This document shows positions 26,138-39,186 of a DNA stretch of 63,465 nt, in pieces. Source of the stretch: Chiloscyllium plagiosum (lineage: Eukaryota); the NCBI RefSeq assembly GCF_004010195.1, contig NC_057720.1:31787366-31850830 (forward strand), given 5' to 3'. Under the pieces are notes generated by a model. That model ran no database searches. It was given only the letters and a program-made list of their open reading frames with translations, and was not told the DNA's origin. A program made the position numbers and the translations under genes. Numbering within the stretch: position 1 is the first letter of the stretch; each line of letters begins with the position of its first letter.

Positions 26138-27966
26138 TCTTATCCACTCCAGTCAAGACTAAAGCCCTGAAATAATGCACACTACAGGCACTTTAATGAT
26201 TTCATTGGCATGTATGCAGAAGTTACAGTAGGAATTGGTAAAATGGTCTACCAATCTGTATTGCTATTTACAGCCTTCATGGTCAGCAGTAGAATGATGA
26301 TCAGTCCAGCACAGTGGTACCTTCTTGGGGCTATCTTTCCAACAATATTGAAGGGCTGATGCCTAGGGCAGCTCTTATACTTTGGAAAGTGCCATAGTGT
26401 AAATTATCTTTTTCTTAATTCCTTTATAGGATGTGGATATTGATGTTCAGGCCAGCATTTATTGCTCATCCTTAATCACATCCCTATCCTTGAAGTTGGT
26501 GTGCTTCTTCTGAAGTGTACTGGGAAGCACACACACAGGGTAGTTTGCCTGAACTCCAAAGCTTTGGTGTCACAGTTGTAATTCCACCACTTCCTATCAT
26601 TTATTTTGATTTGGATAGCTAACAGTGCAATTTTGTCTTTGGTGGCCCATTTTGTCATGCATAGTCATTGTGGAAGAGCTTGAGATTAAATTTTGTATGT
26701 TACACCAGTAGTGGAGAATCTATCCAATTTATCCCCTATGGAGTTTGGTAGTTTTGAACATGGATGATTTTATCACAAAGAGCTTTCATGGTAGACACTA
26801 TAACATAATTTAAAAGGGATGTAGATAAAAGGTGTGGAGAAAGTGCAGGGAATTTTCTAAATACTGTTGCATGTTAAATTGGTTAAACTTTGTTCCTAAT
26901 TAGTGTGAATCATATGGTACAAAATTCATTACTTCTAAGTGAAAATGTTATCTTTGTGATATGATTCAGGCTAGTTTCCAACCTCAAAGGAAATATATTT
27001 TTCATTTCAATACCATGCATCCTGAATATGTGTTTCAGTGATATTTGAGACAGTGGTAAAGGAACTATTGAACTTTGACAGAGCTTCTCAAATGGGTTTA
27101 TTGTCAAAAAAAACATTTGTAGTTACATGGGTACATAACCTTGGCAAAAATGAGTTGCAAGAGCTGTTTGCATGAAGATAACTGATAATTATGAGTCCTA
27201 TACATGTAGTGGAAATGCTGCCAATCTACTTTTAGCTTTTGAACTCTTGGTACAACCCAAATTCCTTTTTATTTCACTTGTAATTTTGATGAAACTATGC
27301 CTCACCCTTTCCCTGATATTAAAACCCCCCCTTCCCCCCGCCTTCAGCTATAATGATTACCTTTACTTTTCCATTTTATTTTTGTCTTGAAGCAATTGCA
27401 TGCTTGCTGGGGGAACTCTTCATCAGGCACTGCTTACCCTACAATCCTTCTTTAAGTGACCGTTCTTCACCTGAAAACCTAGATATTGTCAGTTGTCATT
27501 TGCTGATAAGTGACATTGCAACTGAGCTGGAGCATCTTCCACGCATGCACTTCCATCAAAAATCCATTTATGCCAAAAGCAAGTCTTTCCCCTTCTTAAG
27601 GGGCATTGACATTTGTTGCCTGACTGACTAAAATCTACTGATTTAGCACTGTGACGATGCTGTTGATTTAACAAGGTGATGCTGATCTTGGCTTTGTTTC
27701 AGAGAGGTCATAAATGCAGTGATTCCGAAAAATCTAGGTGCAGGGTTTTAGGGCCAGTTTGATTATAGCTAATAGATGCTGCCTCAGTCAAAAAGCTTTC
27801 AAGTTTTAAAGAAAAACACTTATACAATGAGAGGGGGTGGCCAGTTCTCCCAGCTCAGCTTTTCTTTGGTTTGGTATGGCTTTTTTTAGCAATTTGGCTG
27901 TTCAATCAGTTTTGAGGCTGTTGGTCCAAGAAACAGCTACATTGGCAGATTGTGTTCCATGCTGAA

Positions 27967-28038
27967 TCTCGCTCGCTCGCTCTCGCTTTCTCACTCTCTC
28001 TCGCTCTCTCTCTCTCTCATGTGCTTTCTCTCTCTCTC
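27967..28038. repeat. Imperfect (TCGC)/(TC)n microsatellite
   Basis: Directly visible. Confidence 0.9.
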
Positions 28039-28059
28039 TCTCACGCTCTCTCTTTCTCC

Positions 28060-29010
28060 AGAACCACATTGCTGTAGTCACATGTACAGCAGAGTAGGTA
28101 AGGATGGCAGTTTCCTTCCCTAAACGACATTAATGCACCATAGGCTTTTCGTCAAAATCAACAATGGCTTCACGGTCGTTATTAGACTTCTAATTTCAGA
28201 TATTTATTGAATTCAAATTCCGCCATTTGCCATTGCAGGATTCAAACCAGGACCCCTGAATGTTACCAGGATCTCTGCATTAATAGTCTAGTGATAACAC
28301 CACTAGGCCGTCACCTCCTCATCTGCAATTTTAAATTTTATTAAATCCTTTATCATGGATTTTAATATTTTCCCAATATCAATGTCAGGCAAACCTATCT
28401 CTACATCTCTGTTCTTTTCTCTTTTTATAAGTAATAGTTATATTAGCTACCCTTCAAATCATAGGAATTCTTCCAGAGTGTATAGAATCTTGAATTATAA
28501 CCATCAATGCACCCACTATTTCTAGGGCTACTTCCTTAAGTCTTTGGGCTGTAGATTTTCACTCCATGGTGATTTGTCAGCTTTTAATCTCATCAATTTC
28601 TCAAACACCGTTCCCCTACTATATATGATCTCCTTCAGCTTCCCTGTCTCACTAGAACCTGTGTTCCCCAACAATTTGGGACATTATTTGTGTCCTCTAT
28701 TGTGAAGGCAGAAACATAATACGTGTATAAATAGGTTGCCATTTTTATGTTCCCCATTATAACTTCCCCAGTTTCTGACTATAAGGGACCTACTCTTTTT
28801 TCCACTAATCTTTTTCTCTGCTCATATCTATAGAAGCTTTTGCAATCAGTTTGTATGTTCCTTGAAAGCTTACTCGCACTGTATTTTCCCCTCTTAATCA
28901 ATACCTTTGTCCTGTGCTCCCAAACCTCAGGTCTGCTGCTTTTTCTTTTGGGGAAGTTTATATGTCCTTTGCTCCCTAGTTTCTCTTGTTAGCGACAGTC
29001 GCGTCACCTC
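28060..29010 (-). mobile_element. Old SINE-like and CR1-like fragments
   Basis: ggtaaggatggcagtttccttccct shark-type SINE core; decayed reverse-strand CR1 ORF2 similar to 45700-46300. Confidence 0.55.
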
Positions 29011-29020
29011 CCTTATTTAA

Positions 29021-29403
29021 AGTTAAAAATCACACAACACCAGGTTATAGTCCAACAGGTTTAATTGGAAGACACTAGCTTTCGGAGCGACGCTCCTTCA
29101 TAAGGTGATAATGGAGGGCTCAATCCTAACACAGAATTTATAGTGAATTTACAGTGTGATGTAACTGAAATTATACATTGAAAAATTGCTTGCCTGTTAA
29201 GCCTGTTTAAGCAGTGTTTACATCACACTGTAAATTCTTGCTATAAATTCTGTGTTAGGATTGAGACCTCCATTATTACCTGATGAAGGAGCGTTGCTCC
29301 GAAAGCTAGTGTGCTTCCAATTAAACCTGTTGGACTATAACCTAGTGTTGTGTGATTTTTAACTTTGTACACCCCAGTCCAACACCGGCATCTCCAAATC
29401 ATT
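29021..29403 (+). mobile_element. Fold-back Penelope-type insertion (family B)
   Basis: 10-bp TSD ccttatttaa at 29011-29020 and 29404-29413; arms ~29021-29163 and ~29218-29364 are inverted; terminus homologous to 23245-23366 of the Penelope element. Confidence 0.9.
29277..29311 (+). ncRNA. Minimal type I hammerhead ribozyme motif (predicted)
   Basis: tac-CTGATGA-a-ggagc-gtt-gctcc-GAA-AGCT-A-gtg: all core nucleotides present, 5-bp stem II, palindromic stem III, 3-bp stem I. Activity untested. Confidence 0.7.
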
Positions 29404-30006
29404 CCTTATTTAACATTGTTTTCCTGTGAGGAGTGTGAGGATTGTAGGAGCCTGTTATTGATATGTGTGGGTGGCTGACTTAATCTCAATAATGTGCATG
29501 GCATTGTTGCTTGCTGGTTATGGACTTGATTAGCTGTATGTTCTCACACAGCAGATTCTGGAGAGTTTCAACAGTATGCCTATGCTTCACACTGAGTCAT
29601 ATGCACAGGGTTTGTCAGCAAAGGCAGTTTTCCTGTCTCCAAGTCTTTCTGGAAACTGGTCTCCGTATATGAGATCTATGTCAGGACTTGCATGTGGCAG
29701 TTGCAGCATGTGCAAAAGCCTGAACTGTATATATATAAAAGACTGGTTCCCATTTAACAAGATTGATTGTTATACCCTCAAAGAACTTGAGCAAATTTGT
29801 CAAACATGGTTGGTGGGATCATTGATGAGCAGAATGTGAGCATAATGAATGATTAATATAAAGAATATTAATTGCTATGGTGATTAAGGAATAAATCCAA
29901 GACAAGAAGCTTAGAACTAGTTCTAAGAACTACAGAATTGTTGGTGTGGAAGAAGGCCATTTGGCCCATCATGTCTGCTCCAGCTCTCTGAATGACCATC
30001 ATGACA

Positions 30007-31719
30007 AACAATTTTCATTCAAGTTTCCATTTCTCAATTGAATTATGCTTTTGGCTTCAGCATGTAGGATCTCTGATTCAAACTAAATTTAAAGACAAAG
30101 ATCCTGAGAACAAAGTCTTTGACAAACTGATGGGACTGAAGGCAAACAAGTTGCCAGGACCTGATGGCCTGTTTCCAGGGGTTTTAAAGGAAGTGGTCAC
30201 AGACATTATGGAGGCATTGGTCCAAATATTTTAGCACTGAATTCTGGGAGGTTTCCAGAACTGCTAATCTGATGCTCCTGCTCAAGAAGAGGAGGAGACA
30301 AAAAGCAGGAAACTATTGGTCAATTAGCTAAACATCTGTGGTTGGGAAAATGCTCGAGTCCATCATTAAGGAAGAAATAGAAACACTTAATGGATGCAAG
30401 CAGAGTCAATATGATTTTGTGAAATGGAAATTATGTTTGACATATTGCTCAAGTTCATTGAGGGTATAGCAATGAATCTTGTTAAATAGGAACCAGTTTT
30501 TGATTTGATATAGTTCATTTGGATTTCCAGAATGCATTTAATAAGGTTCGACATAAAAGGTTGTTGGACAAGGTAGGACCTCATGGTATTGGGGATGATA
30601 TATTAATTAAGACTGAGGATTGATTAACACACAGAAGACTGAAATTCAGGATTAATTGGTCGTTTTCAGGTTGGAAAGATGTAACTAATGGAATGCCACA
30701 ACAATCAGAACTAGAGCTTCACTTTTTTTTTTACATATTAGTGACTTTGAGGAGGGGGCAGAGTGTAATGTATCTAAATTCGCTGATGATGCAAAATTAG
30801 TTGGGAGGGCATTTTGTGGAGAGGTAGATAGCTTGGGGAGGTAGATAGCTTGATCTTGGCAGGTGGACTTTAATGTAGGAAAATCTGTAGTCATGCACTT
30901 TGGTAGGAAGAATCAAAATGTGGACTATTATTTAAATGGAGAGAGACTCTAGGAAAATTTCATTGTCTATTGTTCCTGTGCATGGAACTCAGAAAGTTAG
31001 CAAGTAGGTATAGCAAGTAATTAAGTAGGCAGATTGAATTTTGACCATTATTGCTAAGGACTTGCAATTTAAATACTGGGAAGTTTTGTTACAATTGTAT
31101 GGACTGTTGGTGAGGTCGATCCTGGAGCATTGTGTACAGTTTTAGTCCCTGTATTTAAGAAAGGATATACTAGCAATGGCAAGAGTTCTGAAAAGATTTA
31201 CTGGGCTGATTCCTGAGATGAGGAGGTTGACATATCAAGCATGGCTAAACAGATTAGGCCTCTATTCATTAGAGTTTAGAAGAATGAGGGGCAATCTTAC
31301 TGAAGTGTACAAGATTCTGAGGCGGTTTGACAGGGTATGTGTTGAGAAAGTGTTTCCACTAATGGAGGAATGGCTGGTAGTTTCTGGAAAGGTGGGACTT
31401 AATAGTCAAGGCCTGTTATAGGCTGGGTCTCTGCTCTTATTAAACTGATTGGCTTGTGATCCAGAGACCTTTCTGTGTGGAGGTGGAATTGAGTCAATGA
31501 ACATGCCTGTCACTACATTTAACTTTCAGATCAGAGGCTAACCAACCAACAATTTTCATTCAAGTTTCCATTTCTCAATTGAATTATGCTTTTGGCTTCA
31601 GCATGTAGGATCTCTGATTCAAACTAAACTTAAAGACAACGATCCTGAGAACAAAGTCTTTGACAAACTGATGGGACTGAAGGCAAACAAGTTGCTAGGA
31701 CCTGCTGGCCTGTTTCCAG
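30007..31719 (+). repeat. 172-bp dispersed direct repeat (30007-30178 and 31548-31719)
   Basis: Aligned by eye; 4 substitutions. Confidence 0.9.
30110..31370 (+). mobile_element. Decayed CR1 LINE RT region
   Basis: KLMGLKANKLPGPDGL, aaattcgctgatgat (KFADD), LNRLGLYSLEFRRMRGNL. Confidence 0.82.
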
Positions 31720-33204
31720 CATGCATTTGTAAATATGTCTAACTGGCTGCGATCACTAATGATTAAACTCAATGAAGTGTTTGTCAATATTATTTATCTT
31801 TGCAGAGATTTGGTGACTTGAAATATGAAGCTTGTCTATGTTGTGTGCTTCTTGCAGGCCTGAACCTGCCTCCTGAACATATTCCAGCAGTTCACATAAG
31901 TCCAGGGTATTGTGACCTGAAGGCTTTTAAGAAGTGATTACATCGAGCATCCCTCATGTCAGCCAGGATGTCTTCATAAAAAATCAAGAGACATCTTTCA
32001 TTAGATGGTTGTCTGTTCAAAACAAGTGAATATATGTTATCGGAAAGTGTTTTGAGTGAAGAACACACATATTGAGCTTGCCGCAATGAAGGTTGTGGCA
32101 TATGTTGGAAATATTTCAAATGTAAACTGTTAATGCAGGATTTGAATATACACTGGTAAGAATGCAATGGTTGGCTGGCCTCCGATCTGAAAATTAAACG
32201 TGGCGACAGGCATTTTCAGTGACTCAATTTCTCCACACAGAAAAATTGCTAGATCACAAAATTGTAATTATTATCTCTTTCCACTCATTGCACTCTGCTA
32301 CAGATTGCAAACTTTATTCATTTTGCTATGTCATTTGGTGTGACAGACTGCTTTGCTTCAAAATTGGGAGTTACTGTAGTTGGAAATTTGCTGTTTTATT
32401 TTACATGGCTTCCTATAGCACTGCAATGCTGCTAGTATTGGTGCTGACTGCCACTTTACAGCCACAGATTGGTTGACTGGATCTGGCGATGTGTCCATAT
32501 ATCACACCAGTGACCTTAGTATATCATGCACAGTATGAAAGTTCACAGTGACAGCATAGATGCAATTAATATGCTATCTATTTTACTCTTAATTTAAAGA
32601 GGAGCTTTTTTTTGGCTCTCACCAGTGAATTTTTAAAACAGGTCTATTTTAAAGGTCCTTGAGTTTCGCTAGTGGAGTGTCCAGATTGGGATTGGGTTAG
32701 TATGTCAAATATAACTCTACTTACATATTCATGGCCAAGAGACAGTGGGAGAAAAAGGCAAACTAGCAGGAATTTAGCATAGTCCTAATTGACCTGGTGA
32801 TGCCTTAGGGCAGCATGATCTAATGGGAAGCATATTCATGGGAAACATTCCATTATGGAAAGCTTTCAGAGGATATTTTCTCACCAACATAAGAGGATTT
32901 CTGAAGTAATCATTACACCCTTTAAACAATTGGCAACAGCTGGGTTTTATTTTAAAATTAGTCACCATTAGACATTTGCTGATGTGCCCTAGATCAAAAC
33001 TAAGAGTCAATAGGTCAAACTTTCATCTTTCTACACTATGTGTATGCGCATGTGATACTTCATTGCAGATGTACATCTTTTATCCCTTTTCTTTCCCTTC
33101 TGAGGTGCACTTCCCTCCTTGAATCATGTATATTTTGTGCTTGAGAAGTTGGAGTGAACTGTTTTCTCCAACCCAGTGGTGAAGCTCATAGCTTCTCACA
33201 GGTG

Positions 33205-33611
33205 AAAGAAAAAGAAGAACTCATATTGATGTAATGTCTTTCCTGATAACAGGTAGTCCCAAAGCCAACCTTTGATATGAAGCTGCTAATGTAGTGTCAA
33301 AAAGTACAGCAGCCGGTTCACTCACATCAAAATCTTCCACAAGCAGGAATGAGATAAATGGCTATGTGATTCATGGCAGAGTGGTTGAGAAATAAATGAC
33401 TCCAACATTATGAGAATTCTCTGATCTTCTTATAATGCTATGGGCTCTTTCGTATCCACTTCAGAGAACAGAGTTTTACTTTATTGTCTTCCCATCCAAA
33501 ATATCTCATCTCCAATAAGTTCAGTAGTCCAGTCTGAGCTTTTGGAGTGGAGCTTGAACTTATGACCTACTGACTCAGAGGCATTAATGCACCACTGAGC
33601 CAAAGCTGACA
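33205..33611 (-). mobile_element. Ancient Deu-domain-type SINE (SacSINE1/AmnSINE1-like), decayed
   Basis: tRNA-like head on the minus strand (tgtcagctttggctcagtggtg..ctgagtcag..gttcaagctccactcc) and a gtcccaaagc-type tail; recognised from memory. Confidence 0.55.
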
Positions 33612-34169
33612 TGAAGGCAGATTAATCATAAACACTTTGTGCTTTTATATTACTCAGTTTGCACTCAGCAGAGCTCTGTTTAACATCTTCATACACTGTG
33701 TGCCGGAAGTTAAATACTCTGTTTATTGGAGCTTCTGTTCATATCTCTTTATTATTTTGTATTGTGCACCAGTGCTGCACAAATCTTTTCTTGATGAGAA
33801 TTCTGATGTTGTACAGATATATATTATTACTAAAATTTATATTATAAAGAAACTAACCTGCTAAAAGATTTTAAGCAAAGAAATATTTTCTCTGCATGTC
33901 TCCATTTTCAGATCCTTGCTTACCTCCTCTTGTTGTTTTACTTCCCATTTTTACTTTCATGAAGCTATTGTCCTTTCCTTATGATATGGATCTGTAAATT
34001 TTGTGAAGACATCTTGTTTCATTTACAATTTTTCACGTTAGTTGTGTTCACCTCTTTTGCTGTCATCATGATACTTTACTCCACATTGGAATATAGCTCC
34101 ACAACTGACAGCTTTTCGAGCTCAGGTGGTAATTATGAATGTGTGAATTTGAGGACGGGGCAAGAATGT

Positions 34170-34760
34170 CTTGCTGCAACAGTACAAGGCCATGATGAGA
34201 TCACTCCTGGAGCAGTTTTAGTCTTCTTATCTGAGGAAGGATGTTCTGGCTATGGAGGGAGTGCAACATAAGTTTACCAGACTGATGTCGGGGATGGCAG
34301 GATTAACATATGATAAATGACTGGATAAGTTAGGACTACATTCACTGGAATTTAGAAGATTGGTGGGGGTTAGGGATTTCATAGAAACCTATAAAATTCT
34401 AATGGGTTTAGACATGATAAATGGAGAACGGATGAACCCAATGACTGGGGATTCCAGAAGCAAGGGTCATGGTTTAAGAAGATGGGGTAGGCTATTTAAA
34501 ACTGGGATGAGGAAAATTTCTTCCCCCAGAGTGTTAAATCCATGGAATTCTGTGCCACAGAAAGTAGTTGAGGCCAAAGTATTGAATGTTTTCAAAAAGA
34601 AGTTGGATAAAGTTCTTAAGACTAAAGGGACTTAAAGGGTTTGGGGAGAAAGTGGGAACAGGGTACTAATTTGGATGATCAGCTGTGATCATTTTGAATG
34701 ACAGAGGAGGCTTGAGGGGCTGAATGGCCCACTTTTACTTGTATTTTCTGTGATTCTGTG
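34170..34760 (+). mobile_element. CR1 LINE 3' fragment
   Basis: IETYKILMGLD..RVLNPWNSVPQKVVEA. Confidence 0.82.
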
Positions 34761-35944
34761 AAGCTAAGTCATAAAAATTGGGAGGATGGCGGACAGTTGA
34801 TCGGTCTTTGCAATTGAACCTGTGTTCTTAACACATGCATGTGGCTTTCTTCTTTCCCACACACTCTCATGTTGCATTAGGCAGTTATTGAGCTGTGACC
34901 CACATTGAATTCTTGATTGATTTTTCCTATTCCAATTCAGTGACTGTTGTGACTAATGATGGCACCTATGTCACTGTTTTTCTCCCAATTGGCTAAATTC
35001 TTTGGGGATCAAATTTTGAACTTCTGGTCTGCTTGGTATAGCTAGATATGCAGCTAGTAACTGAACCACTTGAATGTTTTCACAGATTGTTTATTCTGTA
35101 TTTTTCTGAGTTTATTTTTTTTGCAGCAAGAGGGTTACTCGGGCAAATGTTATTGAGCCATACTGATGTTGCTTTGAAATATTCACTGTTACTCAACCCT
35201 TAGACTTGGAGCAATTTATTACAGTTTATTATTTGAAAATGTATTTAGAATCAGTCTTCCTTTCACATAGCACATTTTATCATCAATGAAACATGCCTTT
35301 GTGTGTTAAAATCCGAGTATAGGCAAAAGCTATTCTAGAATTCATTGTAGCAGGGAATTTAAGCAACATTCTCTCTATGATCCATTGATTTATTGTGTGT
35401 AAAAATAGAAGGAAAGGAATTTTAGCCCTTCAAAAGGAAAAGATTGCTAAAATTATTTAATTTAAAAGATCTTCTGGCAGTGGAAATGTTTGATCAGGAA
35501 GCCATCAGACGGAAATATAAAATATGGTTCACTACGTCTTTCTTCCCACTCCACTGGGAAACCTTTTAAAGTACTGGAATTTGTCTTTGTGGCTTGTTAT
35601 GGAACATTAAATACAGAATCTGGAGTTTCTTTGGCAGCTAAGCCAGTGGCAATTCGAATAAATTGCTCCTGGTGTTTACTTTTTAAAAAAAATGAAATAA
35701 GGCTACTTTTCTTAACTTAAAGTCATGAACTTTTATATTGACTTTTACATGTTTTGAATAAAATTATTTGTTCTTTTTTAAAATTGTTTTCCTTTTCTCT
35801 CACTGGGCCAAATTAATAAAAATGTAGATTTGTATTCCCCACAGTAAGGTAGGTCTTTGTATTAATCCTTTGGATGACATGGATGAAGATGGGTAACATT
35901 TGATGCTTTTGAACATCATGGATTGTGCCTAGTGGGATTTTACA

Positions 35945-36770
35945 CCTTAGGGCCCAGCTATTAGCAATATATTTGAGTGACTTGGATGAGGGCGTAAAAT
36001 ATAACATTTCCAAGTTTCCGAATGATATATAACTAAGTGAGAATGTGAGTTATAAGGAGGATGCAAAGAGGCTTCAAAAGGATTTGGATAATGAGTGAAC
36101 GTGGCAGATGGAAAATTATGTCTAAATGTGAAAGTATCCACTTTGGTGGGAAAAACAGAAGTGTAGGGTATTTCTTGAATCATGAGAGATTGGGAAACAT
36201 GATGTCAAAACTCTTGGGGTTGTGTGCAGTTTTAGTCTCCTTAATGGAAGCTATACAATAGAGTGATCACAACATTTCGTTACCAGGTTGATCTCTGGGA
36301 TGGTGGAATTGTCCTGTAAAAAGAGATTGAGGATACTGGGTCTATATTCAATAGAATTTGGAGGAAAGAGTGGTGAACACATTAATGCATTCAAAATGTT
36401 TACAGGATTGACTAGCTAGAAGCAGGAATTATATTTTCCCTTGGTTGGGGTAAGATGTCTAGAACCAGGGACAAAGACTCAGAATAAAAGTTAAGAACTG
36501 AGATGAACAGGAATTTCTTCATTTAGAGGGTGGTGATACCTTTTGAAATCCCGACTTCAGAGGTTTGTGGAGGCTCAGTCATTAAGTATGTTCACAACAG
36601 ATCAGTAGACTTCTAGACATTTAAGAGATGAAGGCAAATGGGGATAGTGAGGGAAAATGGTATTGAGGATAGTGTGGGGAAAGTGGTGTAGAGATAGAAG
36701 ATCAGCCAGGATCTAGATGTTGGACGAACAACTGGAAAGGCCAAAAGGTTGACTCCTCCTTCTCTGTGCA
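35945..36770 (+). mobile_element. Decayed CR1 LINE 3' fragment
   Basis: KCESIHFGGKN motif; CR1 3' UTR. Confidence 0.72.
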
Positions 36771-37116
36771 CTTTTTCGCACTTTCTCAGAGTTTGAAAAT
36801 GGTTTTTGACGATTATTGAATGGTTTTGCTCACTTATGTAGAATCTTTGTACTGTTAGATTTAAAATGAGGACATATGGTGACCTTTTTGTTACAGGGGG
36901 AGCAAGATATCATTGTTTTAAAACAATTGAGGCGATTGCTTATTCAGTTATTGGTTTTTAAATTTTCTATGTAATGATTCACAGTATTAAACTAAATAAT
37001 TTGAAGTGAAGTTAACATTCGCAAATGCACAATGGTCAGACTGGGAAAGCTAGTCTTAACGATGGTAACTGAGACAACCATTGTTGATTGTCGTAAAACC
37101 CCATATGCTTCACTAA

Positions 37117-37775
37117 GTCATAGAGACATACAGCGAGGAAACAGACCCTTCGGTCTAACCCATCCATGCTGAACAGATATCCCAACCCAATCTAGTTCCA
37201 CCTGCCAGCACCCGGCCCATAACCCTCCCAATCCTTCCTATTCATTTATCCATCCAGATGCCTTTTAAGTGTTGTAATTGTCCCAGCCTCCCCATCACTT
37301 CCTCTGGCAACTCATTCCATACACGTACCACCCTCTGAATGAAAAAGTTGCCCCTTAGGACTCTTTTATATCTTTCCCCTCTCACCCTAAACCTATGCCC
37401 TCTAATTCTGGACTTCCCCTCCCCAGGGAAAAGACTTTGTCTATTTATCCTATCTATGCCCTTCATGATTTTGTAAACTTCTATAAGGTCACCCCATAGC
37501 CTCCGACACTCCAAGGAAAATAGCCCCAGCCTGTTCAGCCTCTCCCTATAGCTCAGACCCTCCAACCCTGGCAACATCCTTGTAAATCTTTTCTGAACCC
37601 GTTCAAGTTTCACAACATCTTTCCGAAAGGAAGGAGACCAGAATTGCACGCAATATTCCAACAGTGGCCTAACCAATGTCCTGTACAGCCGCAACATGAC
37701 CTCCCAACTCCTGTACTCCATACTCTGACCAATAAAGGAAAATCTTCTTCACTATCCTATCTACCTGCGACTCCA
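37117..37775 (-). mobile_element. Young CR1 3' fragment nested in a + strand SINE-like repeat (~37040-37950)
   Basis: Open 159-aa ORF LYRTLVRPLLEYCVQFWSP..RVVRVWNELP; flanks read as one continuous SINE-like sequence. Confidence 0.85.
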
Positions 37776-38290
37776 CTAGAAAATCTACTGTCCTTACCCG
37801 ATCTGGGCCCACGTGACTCCAGACCCACAGTGATGGGGCTGACTCTTAATTGACTTCTGAAATGGCCTGAGCGAGATACTAAGTTCCCAGGGCAATTAGG
37901 GGATGGCAACAAATGCTGACCTTGCCACTACCACCCACATTCTCTGAAAGAAAAAAAATGTATAAAATTGCATAGAACACATGACCTTGTTGTGGTGTCC
38001 TTGTTCCACTATGTGTGATATGTTGTGTCTTCCATGACCATTGAAGTGCTATCCTAGAGCCTGAACATGCCATTTCTGGCTTAAAGGTGGGGATGCCAGC
38101 AGAGCACCATAAGAATCCTCTCAAGAAGAGAGTCACAGAGTCTTTTAGCACAGGGACAGGCCCATTGGCCCAAACTGGTCCTTGCCTTCCAAAATATCCA
38201 TCCACGCTAACCCCATTTCCCTGCACTTGTCCCATTTTCTTCTAAACCTTTCCTATCCATGTATTTGTTCAAATGCCTTTTAAATGTTGT

Positions 38291-38606
38291 TAGATTACTT
38301 ACAGTGTGGAAAGAGGCTCTCCGACCCAACAAGTCCACACCGACCTGCCGAAGCATAACCCACCCAGACTCATTCCCCTTTATTTACCCCTTCCCTAATG
38401 CTACGGGCAGTTTGGCATGGCCAATTCACCTAACCTGCACATTTTTGGATTGTGGGAGGAAACCGGAGCACCCGGAGGAAACCCACGCAGACACAGGGGG
38501 AATGTGCAAACTCCACACAAACAGTTGCCTGAGGCGGGAGGGAATTGAACCCGGGTCTCTGGCACTGTGAGGCATCAGTGCTAACCACTGTGCCACCATG
38601 CCATCC
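38291..38606 (-). mobile_element. HE1-like tRNA-derived V-SINE
   Basis: A box tggcacagtggttagc, B box gggttcaattcc, V-domain gtgtggagtttgcacatt..gggtttcctccgggtgctccggtttcctcccaca. Confidence 0.88.
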
Positions 38607-39026
38607 AATGTACCTCCTTAACCACTTCCGCTAGCAGCTTATTCCACATGTGAATCACCCTCTGTAACAAAAAAGTTGCCCCTCAGATTTCCTTTTATTC
38701 TTTCCCCTCTAACCTTAAACTGATGCCCTCTAGTCCTCTCTTCCTAACCCTGGGAAAAAGACTGGGTGCATTCACTCTATCCATGCCTGTCATGATCTTA
38801 TACACTTCTAAAAGGTACCCCCTCAGTCTCCTATGCTCTAAAGAAAAATGGCCGAGTTTGTCCAAACTTGTTATATAACTCAGACCCTTGAGTCCTGGTG
38901 ACATCCTTGAATTTCTTCTGCACTCTTTCCAGTTTAATAACATCCTTCCTATAGCAAGGTGACCAAAACTGACCACGGTACTCAAGTGTGGCCTCATCAA
39001 TGTTCTGTACAACTACAACATAACTT

Positions 39027-39186
39027 GAGAATCGACATTTCGGGCATGAGCCCTTCTTCAGGAATGAAGAAGGGCTCATGCCCGAAACGTCGATTCTCCT
39101 GCTCCTTGGATGCTGCCTGACCTGCTGTGTTTTCCAGCAACACATTTTCAGCTCTGATCTCCAACATCTGCAGTCCTTACTTTCTC
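39027..39186 (+). mobile_element. Fold-back Penelope-type insertion (family A)
   Basis: 14-bp TSD ctacaacataactt at 39013-39026 and 39187-39200; back-to-back hammerhead-like cores at 39030-39095. Confidence 0.88.

Noticed and set aside
31892..32476. Short ORFs of 85-91 aa in unique sequence
   Set aside because: No recognisable domain; length is compatible with chance.
38520..38606. tRNA gene
   Set aside because: The A/B boxes are the head of an HE1-like SINE continuing into a V-domain and LINE-like tail.
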